Source: Octopus sinensis (taxonomy: Eukaryota). Taken from it: a DNA stretch of 64,000 nt. Within the stretch, counting starts at the first letter, position 1. Each line of letters starts with the position of its first letter. The stretch covers positions 8,308,001-8,372,000 of the forward strand of contig NC_043025.1 of NCBI RefSeq assembly GCF_006345805.1, read 5' to 3'. Shown one piece after another: positions 50,950 to 63,384 of the stretch. Position numbers and translations under genes: made by a program. The notes beneath the pieces are model-generated. The model was not told the DNA's origin. It did no database searches and saw nothing but the letters and a program-made list of their open reading frames with translations.

Positions 50950-52155
50950 GCCGTCATCAGTTGTTAGTTGTCGGAGCACTGCATCCTTCAAAACTTCCAT
51001 GCTTCCTGAGAGATTCGCCAACACTACACCTGATTTTCTCCCCTCCATACACACGCTGAAGCATGGAACAAACTGCCGGCATCAGTTGTTAGTTGTCGGA
51101 GCATTGCATCCTTCAAAACTTCCATGCTTCCTGAGAGATTCGCCAACACTACACCTGATTTTCTCCCCTCCATACACACACAACCATGTATCTGACACTG
51201 TTCCCTTTCCAGACATTTCTACATTACTGCATATACTTTATATGCACTTTCTGACAAGTTGTGGTGCACCTGAGCACTGTATACAATAAATTCATTATTA
51301 TTATTATTTAAAAACTCCACCTGTCTAACACCCGTGGACATGTTTACAAAGTCAGAAAACAGCACAGCTCCTTCCATGACTTTCGGAAACATTTTTTCAT
51401 GCTAAGAATTGCTGAAGCATGGAACAAACTGCCGGCATCAGTTGTTAGTTGTCAGAGCACTGCATCCTTCAAAACTTCCGTGCTTTCTGAGATTAGCCAA
51501 CACTACATCTGATTTTCTCCCCTCCATACACACGCTGAAGCATGTATTTGACTCATACATCGTTCCCTTTCTAGACATTTGTACATTACTGCATATACTT
51601 TATACGCACTTTCTGACAAGTTGTGGTGCACCTGAGCACTGTATACAATAAATTCATTATTATTATTATTTAAAAACTCCACCTGTCTAACACCCGTGGA
51701 CATGTTTACAATGTCAGAAAACAGCACAGCTCCTTCCATGACTTTCGGAAATATTTTTTCATGCTAAGAATTGCTGAAGCATGGAACAAACTGCCGGCAT
51801 CAGTTGTTAGTTATCGGAGCACTGCATCCTTCAAAATTTCCATGCTTCCTGAGATTAGCCAACACTACACCTGATTTTCTCCCCTCCATACACACGCTGA
51901 AGCATGGAACAAACTGCCGGCATCAGTTGTTAGTTGTCAGAGCACTGCATCCTTCAAAACTTCCATGCTTTCTGAGATTAGCCAACAGTACACCTGATTT
52001 TCTCCCCTCCATACACACGCTGAAGCATGCATCTGACTCATACATCGTTCCCTTTCTAGACATTTGTACATTACTGCATATACTTTATACACACTTTCTG
52101 ACAAGTTGTGGTGCACCTGAGCACTGTATACAATAATTTCATCATCATTATTATT
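50950..52155 (+). mobile_element. Concatenated CR1-like 3' ends (three tailed units plus sub-duplications)
   Basis: Same family as 21040; units end with gtatacaataa..tcattattatt at about 51310, 51668 and 52155. Confidence 0.82.
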
Positions 52156-52291
52156 ATTTTTAACCAACAGAGTGCCTGTAAGGCCTCACTAAATCTAAAT
52201 CTGACAGCCACAGGTCCTATGACAGAAGCTACAAAAAAGGACCAGGTGGGTTGGACATGTAGTAACTATAAATAAGAGTTAAGTACCATAC

Positions 52292-52413
52292 CTGTTAAAA
52301 ACAGCATAAAGCCATCCCCACAATGATCTGCTTGGTTGAGGAAGCCCAGAAAATAAGGTGTGTGGTTTGGTGCCAGTCTGAAGAAGGCTTCTGGAAAGGG
52401 CCAATAAGGGCAT
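52292..52413 (-). CDS. ATP5S: ATP synthase subunit s (factor B), first coding exon with predicted mitochondrial presequence
   Basis: MPLLALSRSLLQTGTKPHTLFSGLPQPSRSLWGWLYAVFN matches the factor B mature N-terminus FWGWLNAVFN; no acidic residues before it. gtatgg donor; tttcag acceptor 8 nt upstream of the ATG, so an upstream exon exists. Confidence 0.88.
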
Positions 52414-53547
52414 CTTGATGCCTGAAACAATAAATCTCAAGATTTAATGAATCCAACAAGACATGCCTGTTAGATTAATTAATGAAGGATTTAACACATT
52501 AATTACAGGATTTACTCTAGTAGTAGTAGTAGGAGCACCAAGTTGTAGTAGTAGTAGCGGCAGTAACGCCAGTAATGGTGGCAGCAGCACCAAGTAGTAG
52601 TAGTAGTAGTAGTGGTGGTAGTAGTAGTAGTAGTAGTAGTGTCGGTGGCAGTGGTGGTGGTAGTAGTAGTAGTGGCAGTGGTGGTGGTAGTAGTAGTAGC
52701 GGCAGTAGCAACAGTAATGGCGGCAGCAGCACCAAGTAGTTGTAGTAGTGGTAGTGGTGGTAGTAGTAGTAGTAGTAGGTTTCTGTTATCTTCAGAAATG
52801 TAAACAAAGCCACTTCCGGTACTTACGGTACCTATACCGAAGGATCGCCCCGGTATAAATTGATAATACTAAGAAATATTACCGGTCCCTGACACATTGG
52901 GAAAACAAACTGCTGGTACGCCGCATCAGATAGTTGGAGAGGCACTGGTCTAGAGTGGCCCCCACCCACCACTGGCTGCATCAAAGGGAAGATGATGATG
53001 GTGTATGTAATAAATTACTCTTACTCTTTTACTCTTTTACTAGTTTCAGTCATTTGACTGCGGCCATGCTGGAGCACCGCCTTTAGTTACAAAACTGCTA
53101 AAATCGGCAGTAATTTATAATTCTCCTGTGCAGATATGTGTGCATAAGACTATTAAATTATTGCACAGGGGTTCCTCGAGCCAGTGGAACGTTTCCTTGG
53201 GGTTCCGCTCCAGCAAAAAGTTTGAAAAGCACTGCCTTAACGAACGAATCTATCATCAAAGGCATTCCAGCCATGACCCCGTCGTCTTTTTAGCATGATG
53301 ACATCCACGACTACATTGTTTGATATTTGCATTTCTTTTACTTATATATATAAGTATTATATATATATAAGTCTTTAATAAGTCTTATATATATAAGTAT
53401 TATATATATATAAGTCTATATATATATATATATAAGACTTATATATATATAAGTCCTTATATATATAAGGAGGGAGATTTGGCTGCTATTTCTAGTAGGT
53501 CAAACGACTATATAGAGAAATGCTGTCCGATCGGTTGCACACTAAAC

Positions 53548-53647
53548 NNNNNNNNNNNNNNNNNNNNNNNNNNNNNNNNNNNNNNNNNNNNNNNNNNNNN
53601 NNNNNNNNNNNNNNNNNNNNNNNNNNNNNNNNNNNNNNNNNNNNNNN
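53548..53647. other. Assembly gap (100 N)
   Basis: Run of 100 N; a round length typical of a gap of unknown size. Confidence 0.99.
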
Positions 53648-55663
53648 AGCACAATTTTTTTTTGAATATTATATTATGGTCGATTTATTCGGCTAAAGCT
53701 CTTCAAGGCTTTTCAAAGCGGTGCTCCAGCGTGGCTGCAGTCTAGTGACTAAAGCAAGTAAAAGAGGGGAATAGTGTACTATAGCGTCGTTGGTAACAGG
53801 TCTGCAATGAGTGTGTGTGTGTGTGTGTGTGTGGTTATTCAGAGTGACGAGGGAGTGTCTGTCTGTCTGTCATGCTATGTGGTCAAAATATCAAAAGGGA
53901 ACTTCGTTCCTTATGCACCGGCTTTTCCAATTTTCTTACTGATATTTACATCTTTTACTGATTAATAAGGATCGGAATTTAATATGAAGATAAAAAGACG
54001 TTGGTGGGGTCGTGCACGGACACATTGACACATGTCACATACATCTACAATATGAAACTCGAAATTTCGAAAAAAAAAAAAAAAAAAAAATGTGTGTGTC
54101 AGTATGTATGTGTGTGTGCTTTTCTGGCGATCCTTCGGTATAGGTACTGCAAGTACCGGAAGTGCCCTTGTTTACATTTCTGAGTATAACAGAAACCCTT
54201 TTCCCCTAACCCTAGCACAAACCCTACCCCCCCCCCATATATATCATCATCATCATCATCATTTAAAGTCCGCTTTCCATGCTGGCATGGGTTGGACGGT
54301 TCAACTGGGGTCTGGGAAGCCAGAAGGCTGCATCAGGCCCAGTCTGATCTGGCAGTGTTTCTACGGCTGGATGCCCTTCCTAATGCCAACCACTCCGAGA
54401 GTTTTATATATATATATATATATAAAAACCCCACTTTCTTGAAATGTTTCCGGTACGTATACCGAAGTTACGCCTCATATTTTACCCACTTCGAAAAGCA
54501 TCTGTAGAAAATTTCATCAAAAAATAACTATTTTTCTGAAAGTTATGAGGAAACAAAGTCAACTCGTGAATTTTCCGAAACTCCTCTTCCCACTCAGGGA
54601 AAAATTGTCTTTCACCACAAATCCCGATGTAATCGGGATCTACACCAGCTGGGGCGTATTCATTGAAAATTTCATTAAAAAATATAGATTATTCTGGAAG
54701 TTATGAGGTAACAAAATCGAGAGGAGGGGGCACACATGTGTAGGAATGCCTATATATAAAACCTTCGACACACGCATTGAGTCGAAACAGGGGCAGCTGA
54801 TGAATGGGAATCTTCCTTGTATCGTTTGTCCTGTACTCTGTTCTTTCGCTGTTAAAAAAAGTCCGTTTCCTTGTTTGGTTTTATATTTTCGTTTCTCGTG
54901 TTCTACGTTTATTTGTGGTGTCCTGGACTCATATATGCATGTATATATACACATAGATGTAGGTATGTACATATATGTATGTATATATGCATATGTTTTA
55001 TTTATTAAATTGTTATTATATGACTGAACGCACGCGTTGTTTTCTCTTCTCCAAGTAAGTTTTTATATGTATATATATCAATCATCATCATCATCATCAT
55101 CATCGTTTAACGTCCGCTTTAATAGCCGCGTTCGAAAACGGGTTCAAAAACATTTGGACGGTTCGACTGGGTCTGGGAAAGAGCCGGGCCGCTCAGGCTC
55201 CAGTTGAATCTGGCAGATTTTCACGGCTGGATGCCCTTCAACGCCAACCACTCCGTGAGTGGATTTGGGTGCTTTTACGTGCCACCTGCACAGGGGCCGG
55301 AGGGTCCGGCATAGTCACGATCGGTTCGAGCATTTAACGTGTCAGGCGGCACGGGGGCAACGTAGGTCCCGGTTACTTTGGGGATCAGGGGGGATCGGGG
55401 TACTTTGGGATCCGGGGGTACTATAGATGGGTAGGGGGTATGTGGAATTGCTGCAGAAAGCAGCCCGGGGTCTTGTAGTCACCAGCCATTTATCGTCATG
55501 AGAGTAACGTAATTAGGTAGAGGAAAGAAATACATATATATATATATATATACACAGGAGTAAACACATAGATGTGAAACAAGGTGGAAAAAAGAGTACT
55601 CAAATACCAGGGGTAGAGTCATATGCTTTATTTAAAGCAGCAGAAAATTCAACAAAACCTGTT

Positions 55664-55697
55664 ACTCTGAGTTTCACCTTCCCGTTCGTCGGACAGT
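55664..55697 (-). ncRNA. Hammerhead-like motif (CCGACGA core)
   Basis: Reverse complement: CTGT-CCGACGA-ACG-GGAA-GGT-GAAA-CTC-A-GAG-TA|ACAG, with one mismatch in stem II. A copy truncated at GAAAC sits at about 7605-7656. Confidence 0.4.
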
Positions 55698-55753
55698 TTT
55701 TGCTAGAAAATTCTAAATAAAGTATATATATATGTATATATATAATATATATA

Positions 55754-56741
55754 TGGTGTAGTGGATAAACTGTTGTCTAAATTATGCAAAAATGAAAATA
55801 ACACTGACATCTCATTTTAACATGTATTTACCAAAATTGCATAAAAATATCTTGAAATGCTAAAGAGTAAATTTGTTTAATAAAATCACCATTGGCTTCA
55901 ACCACAACCTCCAGATGACTTCGGGATCTCCTACGGCTCTTCTGGACGGTCTCCTTGTTTGAGTTGGTGAATGCTGCCATAATCCTTCCCTTCTGTTCAT
56001 CTTTGATGTTACAAGGAGTTTTGTTGGTCTTACACTCAACTGCGTCCCACACATAATAATCAAGGGGTTTGCAGTCTAGGGAATTAGGTGGTCAGGCGTT
56101 AGGGGTAATTTGGACACAGAAATTGTTTGACTGGGCTCTCTTGCTTGTGTGGCATGGTGCAGAGTTCTTTTGCCAGACATAGGGTCTTCCAGCAGACACC
56201 CTCTTGACCCAGGGCAGTGCTACCTCCTCCAGGCACTTGATGTAGGCCTCTGTATTGAGTTTGAGGCCACGTGGGAAGATGAATGGAGGCATAACATTGC
56301 CATCACAAGTGATCACTCCAAACACCATGATCTTGACTGGACATTTGATTTTTATCACTCCTCTCGGTACATGTTTTGGAACATGGCAAACCAACGGTTG
56401 TTCTGTGTGGGCATCATCTGATCCTGCCAGAAATTTTTCTCATTTGAGAAAATCCAAAGCATGTTCAGATGGAGGGGATGCCTGAGTTTGTTCAAAAGCT
56501 TTGTAGCATGGTCCTTCCTTCCTCTTCTGCTTGATGGCTTGGAATAAAAATTGGCCCTTCCGGCGTGAATGCCAAGCAGTACAGCTTGTCATTTCCAAAT
56601 TTCTGGCAGAGTGAATTGTGTCATGGTGCTGTACTGTGCCCCACTGACCCTACTATACTGTGTAGTTGACAAAATCAAAAACACAATACACATGCGTGAA
56701 ATTGAAAATGTAAAAAGGCGACAATTTACCCATTGCACCTG
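55754..56741 (-). mobile_element. Second DD37D (maT-type) element, internally deleted, both ends present
   Basis: VKIMVFGVITCDG...VWQKNSAPCHTS...PPNSLDCKPLDYYVW; degenerate TIRs ggtgtagtggataaactgttgtc / gcgacaatttacccattgcacctg. Confidence 0.8.
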
Positions 56742-56765
56742 TATGTATATATGTATGTATATATA

Positions 56766-56796
<31 letters not shown>

Positions 56797-57533
56797 TCTC
56801 TTTTACTTGTTTCAGTCATTTGACTGTGGCCATGCTGGAGCACCGCCTTTAGTCGAGTGAATCGACCCCAGGACTTATTCTTTGTAAGCCTAGTACTTAT
56901 TCTATCGGTCTCTTTTGCCCAACTGCTAAGTTACAGGGACGTAAACACACCAGCATCGGTTGTCAAGCGATGTTGGGGGGGGGGGACAAACACATGCACA
57001 CAAACACACACACACAAATATATATATATATATATATATATACGATGGGCTTCTTTCAGTTTCTGTCTACTAAATCCACTCACAAGGCTTTAGTTGGCCC
57101 GAGGCTATAGCAGAAGACATTTGCCCAAGGTGCCACACAGTGGGACTGAACCCGGAACCATGTGGTTGGTAAGCAAGCTACTTACCACACATATAATGTG
57201 TGTGTGTTCTTTTCAGTCATTTGACTGCACCCATGCTGGAGCACCGCCAAGAAGGGCTTTAGTCAAGCAAATCAACCCCAGGAATTATTATTTATGCCTA
57301 CTACTTCTAAAGGTACCTTTTGCCGAACCACGGTTGTCAAGCAGGGATGGGGGAACAAGCACACACACACACGCACAATGGGCTTCTTTCTGTTTCCACC
57401 CACTAAATCCACTCACAAGGCTTTGGTCAGCCCGAGGCTATAGAAGAAGACACTTGCCCAAGGTGCCACACAGTGGGACTGAACCTAGGACCTCGTGGTT
57501 GGGAAGGATGCTTCCTATCACACAGCCACACCT

Positions 57534-57564
<31 letters not shown>

Positions 57565-57647
57565 TAATAATAAAAATAACAACAACAAAAGAATGAATGA
57601 GACCTCAATATTATGTAAAATAGAGGAGTGAATCTATATATATATAT

Positions 57648-57836
57648 AGTAAGGTGTAGCTATGGTGGCGCAAGCAGGGGACATGCCTTAGGCGCCACTT
57701 TGGGGAAGCACAATTTTGACCAAGATCATTTTCTAATTAAGCTGTTTCTATGTAAGTTTTCACTTTTTGGTTACGGAGGTGGGGACGCAATTCTGATGAT
57801 TGCCCTGGGTGCCATTTACCCTAGCTACACCCCTGT
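57648..57836. mobile_element. Short MITE-like element
   Basis: Imperfect TIRs ggtgtagct...ggcgc / gtgcc...agctacacccctg. Confidence 0.4.
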
Positions 57837-57883
57837 ATATCTATATCTGTATATTTTTTTTCTCTCCTTGTTTTTTTCTGTGT

Positions 57884-57923
57884 GTCTTTCTGTCGAAGAG
57901 CGTAGGCTCGAAACGTAAAGGAC
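57884..57923 (+). ncRNA. Minimal hammerhead-like motif, second copy of the 5873 family
   Basis: GTCTTT-CTGTCGA-A-GAGC-GTAG-GCTC-GAAA-CG-TA|AAGGAC. Confidence 0.45.
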
Positions 57924-58035
57924 TTTCTATTTCTATTCCTGAGCACTATACATTTGTTTGTACTCCACCTACCTTCGTCTTTTGTTTATTTTCATAAACC
58001 TTCCCGTTATATATATATATCTCTCTTTTATTTCT

Positions 58036-58427
58036 CTTTTACTTGTTTCAGTCATTTGACTGCGGCCATGCTGGAGCACCGCCTTTAGTCGAGCAAATCG
58101 ACCCGGGACTTATTCTTTGTAAGCCCAGTACTTATTCTATCGGTCTCTTTTGCCGAACCGCTAAGTAACAGGGACGTAAACACACCAGCATTGGTGTCAA
58201 GCAATGCTAGGGGGTCAAACAGAGACACACAAACACACACACATACATATATATACATATATACGACAGGCTTCTTTCAGTTTCCGTCTACCAAATCCAC
58301 TCACAAGGCATTGGTCGGCCCAGGGCTATAGCAGAAGACACTTGCCCAAGATGCCACGCAGTGGGACTGAACCCGGAACCATGTGGTTGGTAAGCAAGCT
58401 ACTTACCACACAGCCACTCCTGCGCCT
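58036..58427 (-). mobile_element. tRNA-head SINE family 1 (~400 bp; octopus OR-type assignment tentative), representative copy
   Basis: A box TGGCTGTGTGG and B box GGTTCAGTCCC on - strand. Further full or partial copies at about 2680-3010, 5585-5735, 7300-7500, 12090-12510, 26840-27515, 29140-29305, 32510-33268, 34720-35121, 48515-48910, 49170-49390, 50225-50390, 53030-53090 and 56795-57540. Confidence 0.88.
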
Positions 58428-58611
58428 GTTCATATTTTTCAAAAGAGGGATCTGACTAATATAAATGATACCCTTGTATAAAAACAGCAAGCTGGCAGAA
58501 TTGTTACCATTCCGGGCAAAGTATTTAGCAGCATATCTTTTGTATAAATAAGAATCGAAATCAAAATCGCTCAAAAATCAATGGAAATTGCAGTTGTGAA
58601 TCCAGTGCAGG

Positions 58612-61600
58612 TGGCACGTAGAAGAACCATCCGAACGTGGCCGTTTCCAGCGCTGCCCCGACTGGCCTCCGTGCTGGTGGCACGTAGAAGAACCATCCGA
58701 ACGTGGCCGTTTCCAGCGCTGCCCCGACTGGCCTCCGTGCTGGTGGCACGTAGAAGAACCATCCGAACGTGGCCGTTTCCAGCGCTGCCCCGACTGGCCT
58801 CCGTGCTGGTGGCACGTAGAAGAACCATCCGAACGTGGCCGTTTCCAGCGCTGCCCCGACTGGCCTCCGTGCTGGTGGCACGTAGAAGAACCATCCGAAC
58901 GTGGCCGTTTCCAGCGCTGCCCCGACTGGCCTCCGTGCTGGTGGCACGTAGAAGAACCATCCGAACGTGGCCGTTTCCAGCGCTGCCCCGACTGGCCTCC
59001 GTGCTGGTGGCACGTAGAAGAACCATCCGAACGTGGCCGTTTCCAGCGCTGCTCGACTGGCCTCCGTGCTGGTGGCACGTAGAAGAACCATCCGAACGTG
59101 GCCGTTTCCAGCGCTGCCCCGACTGGCCTCCGTGCTGGTGGCACGTAGAAGAACCATCCGAACGTGGCCGTTTCCAGTGCTGCCCCGACTGGCCTCCGTG
59201 CTGGTGGCACGTAGAAGAACCATCCGAACGTGGCCGTTTCCAGCGCTGCCCCGACTGGCCTCCGTGCTGGTGGCACGTAGAAGAACCATCCGAACGTGGC
59301 CGTTTCCAGCGCTGCCCCGACTGGCCTCCGTGCTGGTGGCACGTAGAAGAACCATCCGAACGTGGCCGTTTCCAGCGCTGCCCCCGACTGGCCTCCGTGC
59401 TGGTGGCACGTAGAAGAACCATCCGAACGTGGCCGTTTCCAGCGCTGCCTCGACTGGCCTCCGTGCTGGTGGCACGTAGAAGAACCATCCGAACGTGGCC
59501 GTTTCCAGCGCTGCCCCGACTGGCCTCCGTGCTGGTGGCACGTAGAAGAACCATCCGAACGTGGCCGTTTCCAGTGCTGCCCCGACTGGCCTCCGTGCTG
59601 GTGGCACGTAGAAGAACATCCGAACGTGGCCGTTTCCAGCGCTGCCCCGACTGGCCTCCGTGCTGGTGGCACGTAGAAGAACCATCCGACGTGGCCGTTT
59701 CCAGCGCTGCCCGACTGGCCTCCGTGCTGGTGGCACGTAGAAGAACCATCCGAACGTGGCCGTTTCCAGCGCTGCCCCGACTGGCCTCCGTGCTGGTGGA
59801 ACGTAGAAGAACCATCCGAACGTGGCCGTTTCCAGCGCTGCCCCGACTGGCCTCCGTGCTGGTGGCACGTAGAAGAACCATCCGAACGTGGCCGTTTCCA
59901 GCGCTGCCCCGACTGGCCTCCGTGCTGGTGGCACGTAGAAGAACCATCCGAACGTGGCCGTTTCCAGCGCTGCCCCGACTGGCCTCCGTGCTGGTGGCAC
60001 GTAGAAGAACCATCGAACGTGGCCGTTTCCAGCGCTGCCCCGACTGGCCTCCGTGCTGGTGGCACGTAGAAGAACCATCCGAACGTGGCCGTTTCCAGCG
60101 CTGCCCCGACTGGCCTCCGTGCTGGTGGCACGTAGAAGAACCATCCGAACGTGGCCGTTTCCAGCGCTGCCTCGACTGGCCTCCGTGCTGGTGGCACGTA
60201 GAAGAACCATCCGAACGTGGCCGTTTCCAGCGAGCCCCGACTGGCCTCCGTGCTGGTGGCACGTAGAAGAACCATCCGAACGTGGCCGTTTCCAGTGCGC
60301 CCCGACTGCCTCCGTGCTGGTGGCACGTAGAAGAACCATCCGAACGTGGCCGTTTCCAGCGCTGCCCCGACTGGCCTCGTGCTGGTGGCACGTAGAAGAA
60401 CCATCCGAACGTGGCCGTTTCCAGCGCTGCCCCGACTGGCCTCCGTGCTGGTGGCACGTAGAAGAACCATCCGAACGTGGCCGTTTCCAGCGCTGCCCCT
60501 GGCCTCCGTGCTGGTGGCACGTAGAAGAACCATCCGAACGTGGCCGTTTCCAGCGCTGCCTCGACTGGCCTCCGTGCTGGTGGCACGTAGAAGAACCATC
60601 CGAACGTGGCCGTTTCCAGCGCTGCCCCGACTGGCCTCCGGTGGGTGGCACGTAGAAGAACCATCCGAACGTGGCCGTTTCCAGCGCTGCCCGACTGGCC
60701 GTGCTGGTGGCACGTAGAAGAACCATCCGAACGTGGCCGTTTCCAGCGCTGCCTCGACTGGCCTCCGTGCTGGTGGCACGTAGAAGAAACCATCCGAACG
60801 TGGCCGTTTCCAGCGTGCCCCGACTGGCCTCCGTGCTGGTGGCACGTAGAAGAACCATCCGAACGTGGCCGTTTCCAGCGCTGCCCCGACTGGCCTCCGT
60901 GTGGTGGCAGTAGAAGAACCATCCGAACGTGGCCGTTTCCAGCGCTGCCCCGACTGGCCTCCGTGCTGGTGGCACGTAGAAGAACCATCCGAACGTGGCC
61001 GTTTCCAGCGCTGCCCCGACTGGCCTCCGTGCTGGTGGCACGTAGAAGAACCATCCGAACGTGGCCGTTTCCAGCGCTGCCCCGACTGGCCTCCGTGCTG
61101 GTGGCACGTAGAAGAACCATCCGAACGTGGCCGTTCCAGCGCTGCCCCGACTGGCCTCCGTGCTGGTGGCACGTAGAAGAACCATCCGAACGTGGCCGTT
61201 TCCAGCGCTGCCTCGACTGGCCTCCGTGCTGGTGGCACGTAGAAGAACCATCATCCGAACGTGGCCGTTTCCAGCGCTGCCCCGACTGGCCTCCGTGCTG
61301 GTGGCACGTAGAAGAACCATCCGAACGTGGCCGTTTCCAGCGCTGCCCCGACTGGCCTCCGTGCTGGTGGCACGTAGAAGAACCATCCGAACGTGGCCGT
61401 TTTCAGCGCTGCCCGACTGGCCTCCGTGCTGGTGGCACGTAGAAGAACCATCCGAACATGGCCGTTTCCAGCGCTGCCCCGACTGGCCTCCGTGCTGGTG
61501 GCACGTAGAAGAACCATCCGAACGTGGCCGTTTCCAGCGCTGCCTCGACTGGCCTCCGTGCTGGTGGGACGTAGAAGAACCATCCGAACGTGGCCGTTTC

Positions 61601-62230
61601 CAGCCTGCCCGACTGGCCTCCGTGCTGGTGGCACGTAGAAGAACCATCCGAACGTGGCCGTTTCCAGCGCTGCCCCGACTGGCCTCCGTGCTGGTGGCAC
61701 GTAGAAGAACCATCCGAACGTGGCCGTTTCCAGCGCTGCCCCGACTGGCTCCGTGCTGGTGGCACGTAGAAGAAACCATCGAACATGGCCGTTTCCAGCG
61801 CTGCCCCGACTGGCCTCCGTGCTGGTGGCACGTAGAAGAAACCATCCGAACGTGGGCGTTTCCAGCGCTGCCCGACTGGCCTCGCTGCTGGTGGGTAGAA
61901 GAACCATCCGAACATGGCCGTTTCCAGCGCTGCCCCGACTGGCCTCCGTGCTGGTGGCACGTAGAAGAACCATCCGAACGTGGCCGTTTCCAGCGCTGCC
62001 CCGACTGGCCTCCGTGCTGGTGGCACGTAGAAGAACCATCCGAACATGGCCGTTTCCAGCGCTGCCTCGACTGGCCTCCGTGCTGGTGGCACGTAGAAGA
62101 ACCATCCGAACGTGGCCGTTTCCAGCGCTGCCTCGATTGGCCTCCGTGCTGGTGGCACGTAGAAGAACCATCCGAACGTGGCCGTTTTCAGCGCTGCCCC
62201 GACTGGCCTCCGTGCTGGTGGCACGTAAAA
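58612..62230 (+). repeat. Minisatellite, 66-bp GC-rich unit x~55, inside a family 4 element (about 58553-62380)
   Basis: Unit ggtggcacgtagaagaaccatccgaacgtggccgtttccagcgctgccccgactggcctccgtgct; period 66 (gaagaaccat at 58621, 58687, ...); followed directly by the family 4 3' end. Confidence 0.97.
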
Positions 62231-62934
62231 AGCACCCACTACACTCACGGAGTGGTTGGCGTTAGGAAGGGCATCCAGCTGTAGAAACACTGCCAGATAA
62301 GACTGGAGCCTGGTGCAGCCTTCTGGCTTTCCAGATCCCCGGTCGAACCGTCCAACCCATGCTAGCATGGAAAACGTCCATGTAGGTGACATGTAAAAGC
62401 ACCAACCGATCATGGCCGTTGCCAGCCTCCTCTGGCCCCAGTGCTGGTGGCACGTAAAAAGCACCCACTACATTCACGGAGTGGTTGGCGTTAGGAAGGG
62501 CATCCAGCTGTAGAAACCGACTGGAGCCTGGTGCAGCCTCCTGGCTTCCCAGACCCCAGTCAAACCATCCAACCCATGCTAGCATGGAGAACAGACGTTG
62601 AACGATGATGATGGTGATGATGTATGTATATGAGAGATAGAGAGAGAGAGAGGCTGGCATCTTGGGGTGTTGCTGGAACAGTTGATAATGGAGCTGTCTT
62701 GTAGTTGGCCCCTTTCATGTATATCCAAAGATGAACAAATAAGAGAATGTAGCATTCAACATATTTAGTTGGGGTTACATGCATTTAACAACAATACTTG
62801 TATGCACAAGTTCTGTGCATATGGAACACATCCGTATCATCCGACAGAGCAGAAAAAATTTTAATGTAATTTAAAATATCTCTTAGGTGAGAGTATTTAG
62901 GCCTCCATGGATCAGTTCAGGTCATGTAGTTGTC

Positions 62935-63259
62935 TTAGTTAGTTAGTTAATTTTTTGGCTCAAAAAGCAAAAAAGCAAGGCCATGTAGGGGGACATGGAG
63001 TTATGTACAGGGTGGTGTTCATGTAAAGAGTTCAGGCCATTTCTGGTCAAGGGAGACTTTGAACCGAGCGGTCGTCGGCATCTTCACTATCTCGTCCGGC
63101 AGCTTATTCCACGGAACCGCAACCCGGACGGAGAAAGCCCCTCTCCTTCGATTGAGATGAAATCGTCGTAGATAGAGCTTTTCGGAGTGACCCCTCAGCC
63201 GACGCTCTGGAGCAGGAGTGAAGAACAGCTCCTTCGAGAGGTTACACTTTCTGCTTATG
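62935..63259 (-). mobile_element. Third copy of the same CR1/L2-like 3' end, (AACT)n tail
   Basis: Reverse-complement match to 17860-18186. Confidence 0.82.
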
Positions 63260-63384
63260 ATGTTGTGAGCAAGAATGAGATCACCACGGCGTCATAGCCA
63301 TCATAGCCTCATCAATAATAAGACATCAACATTACTTAATCCATTATTTTTCAGGGTGTGACAATTCAGCAGTATTAACCCTTT

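Noticed and set aside
53330-53470. AT-rich palindromic block near the gap
   Set aside because: Low-complexity (TA)n with short AAGTC/GACTT interruptions; self-complementarity is expected by composition.
58612-62230. CRISPR array
   Set aside because: Units are contiguous and near identical, with no unique spacers and no cas genes; the context is eukaryotic.
58561-62464. Very long ORFs (up to 1094 aa) in five frames
   Set aside because: They are translations of the 66-bp unit (22-aa periodicity), switch frame at single-base indels, and show no splice or domain evidence.
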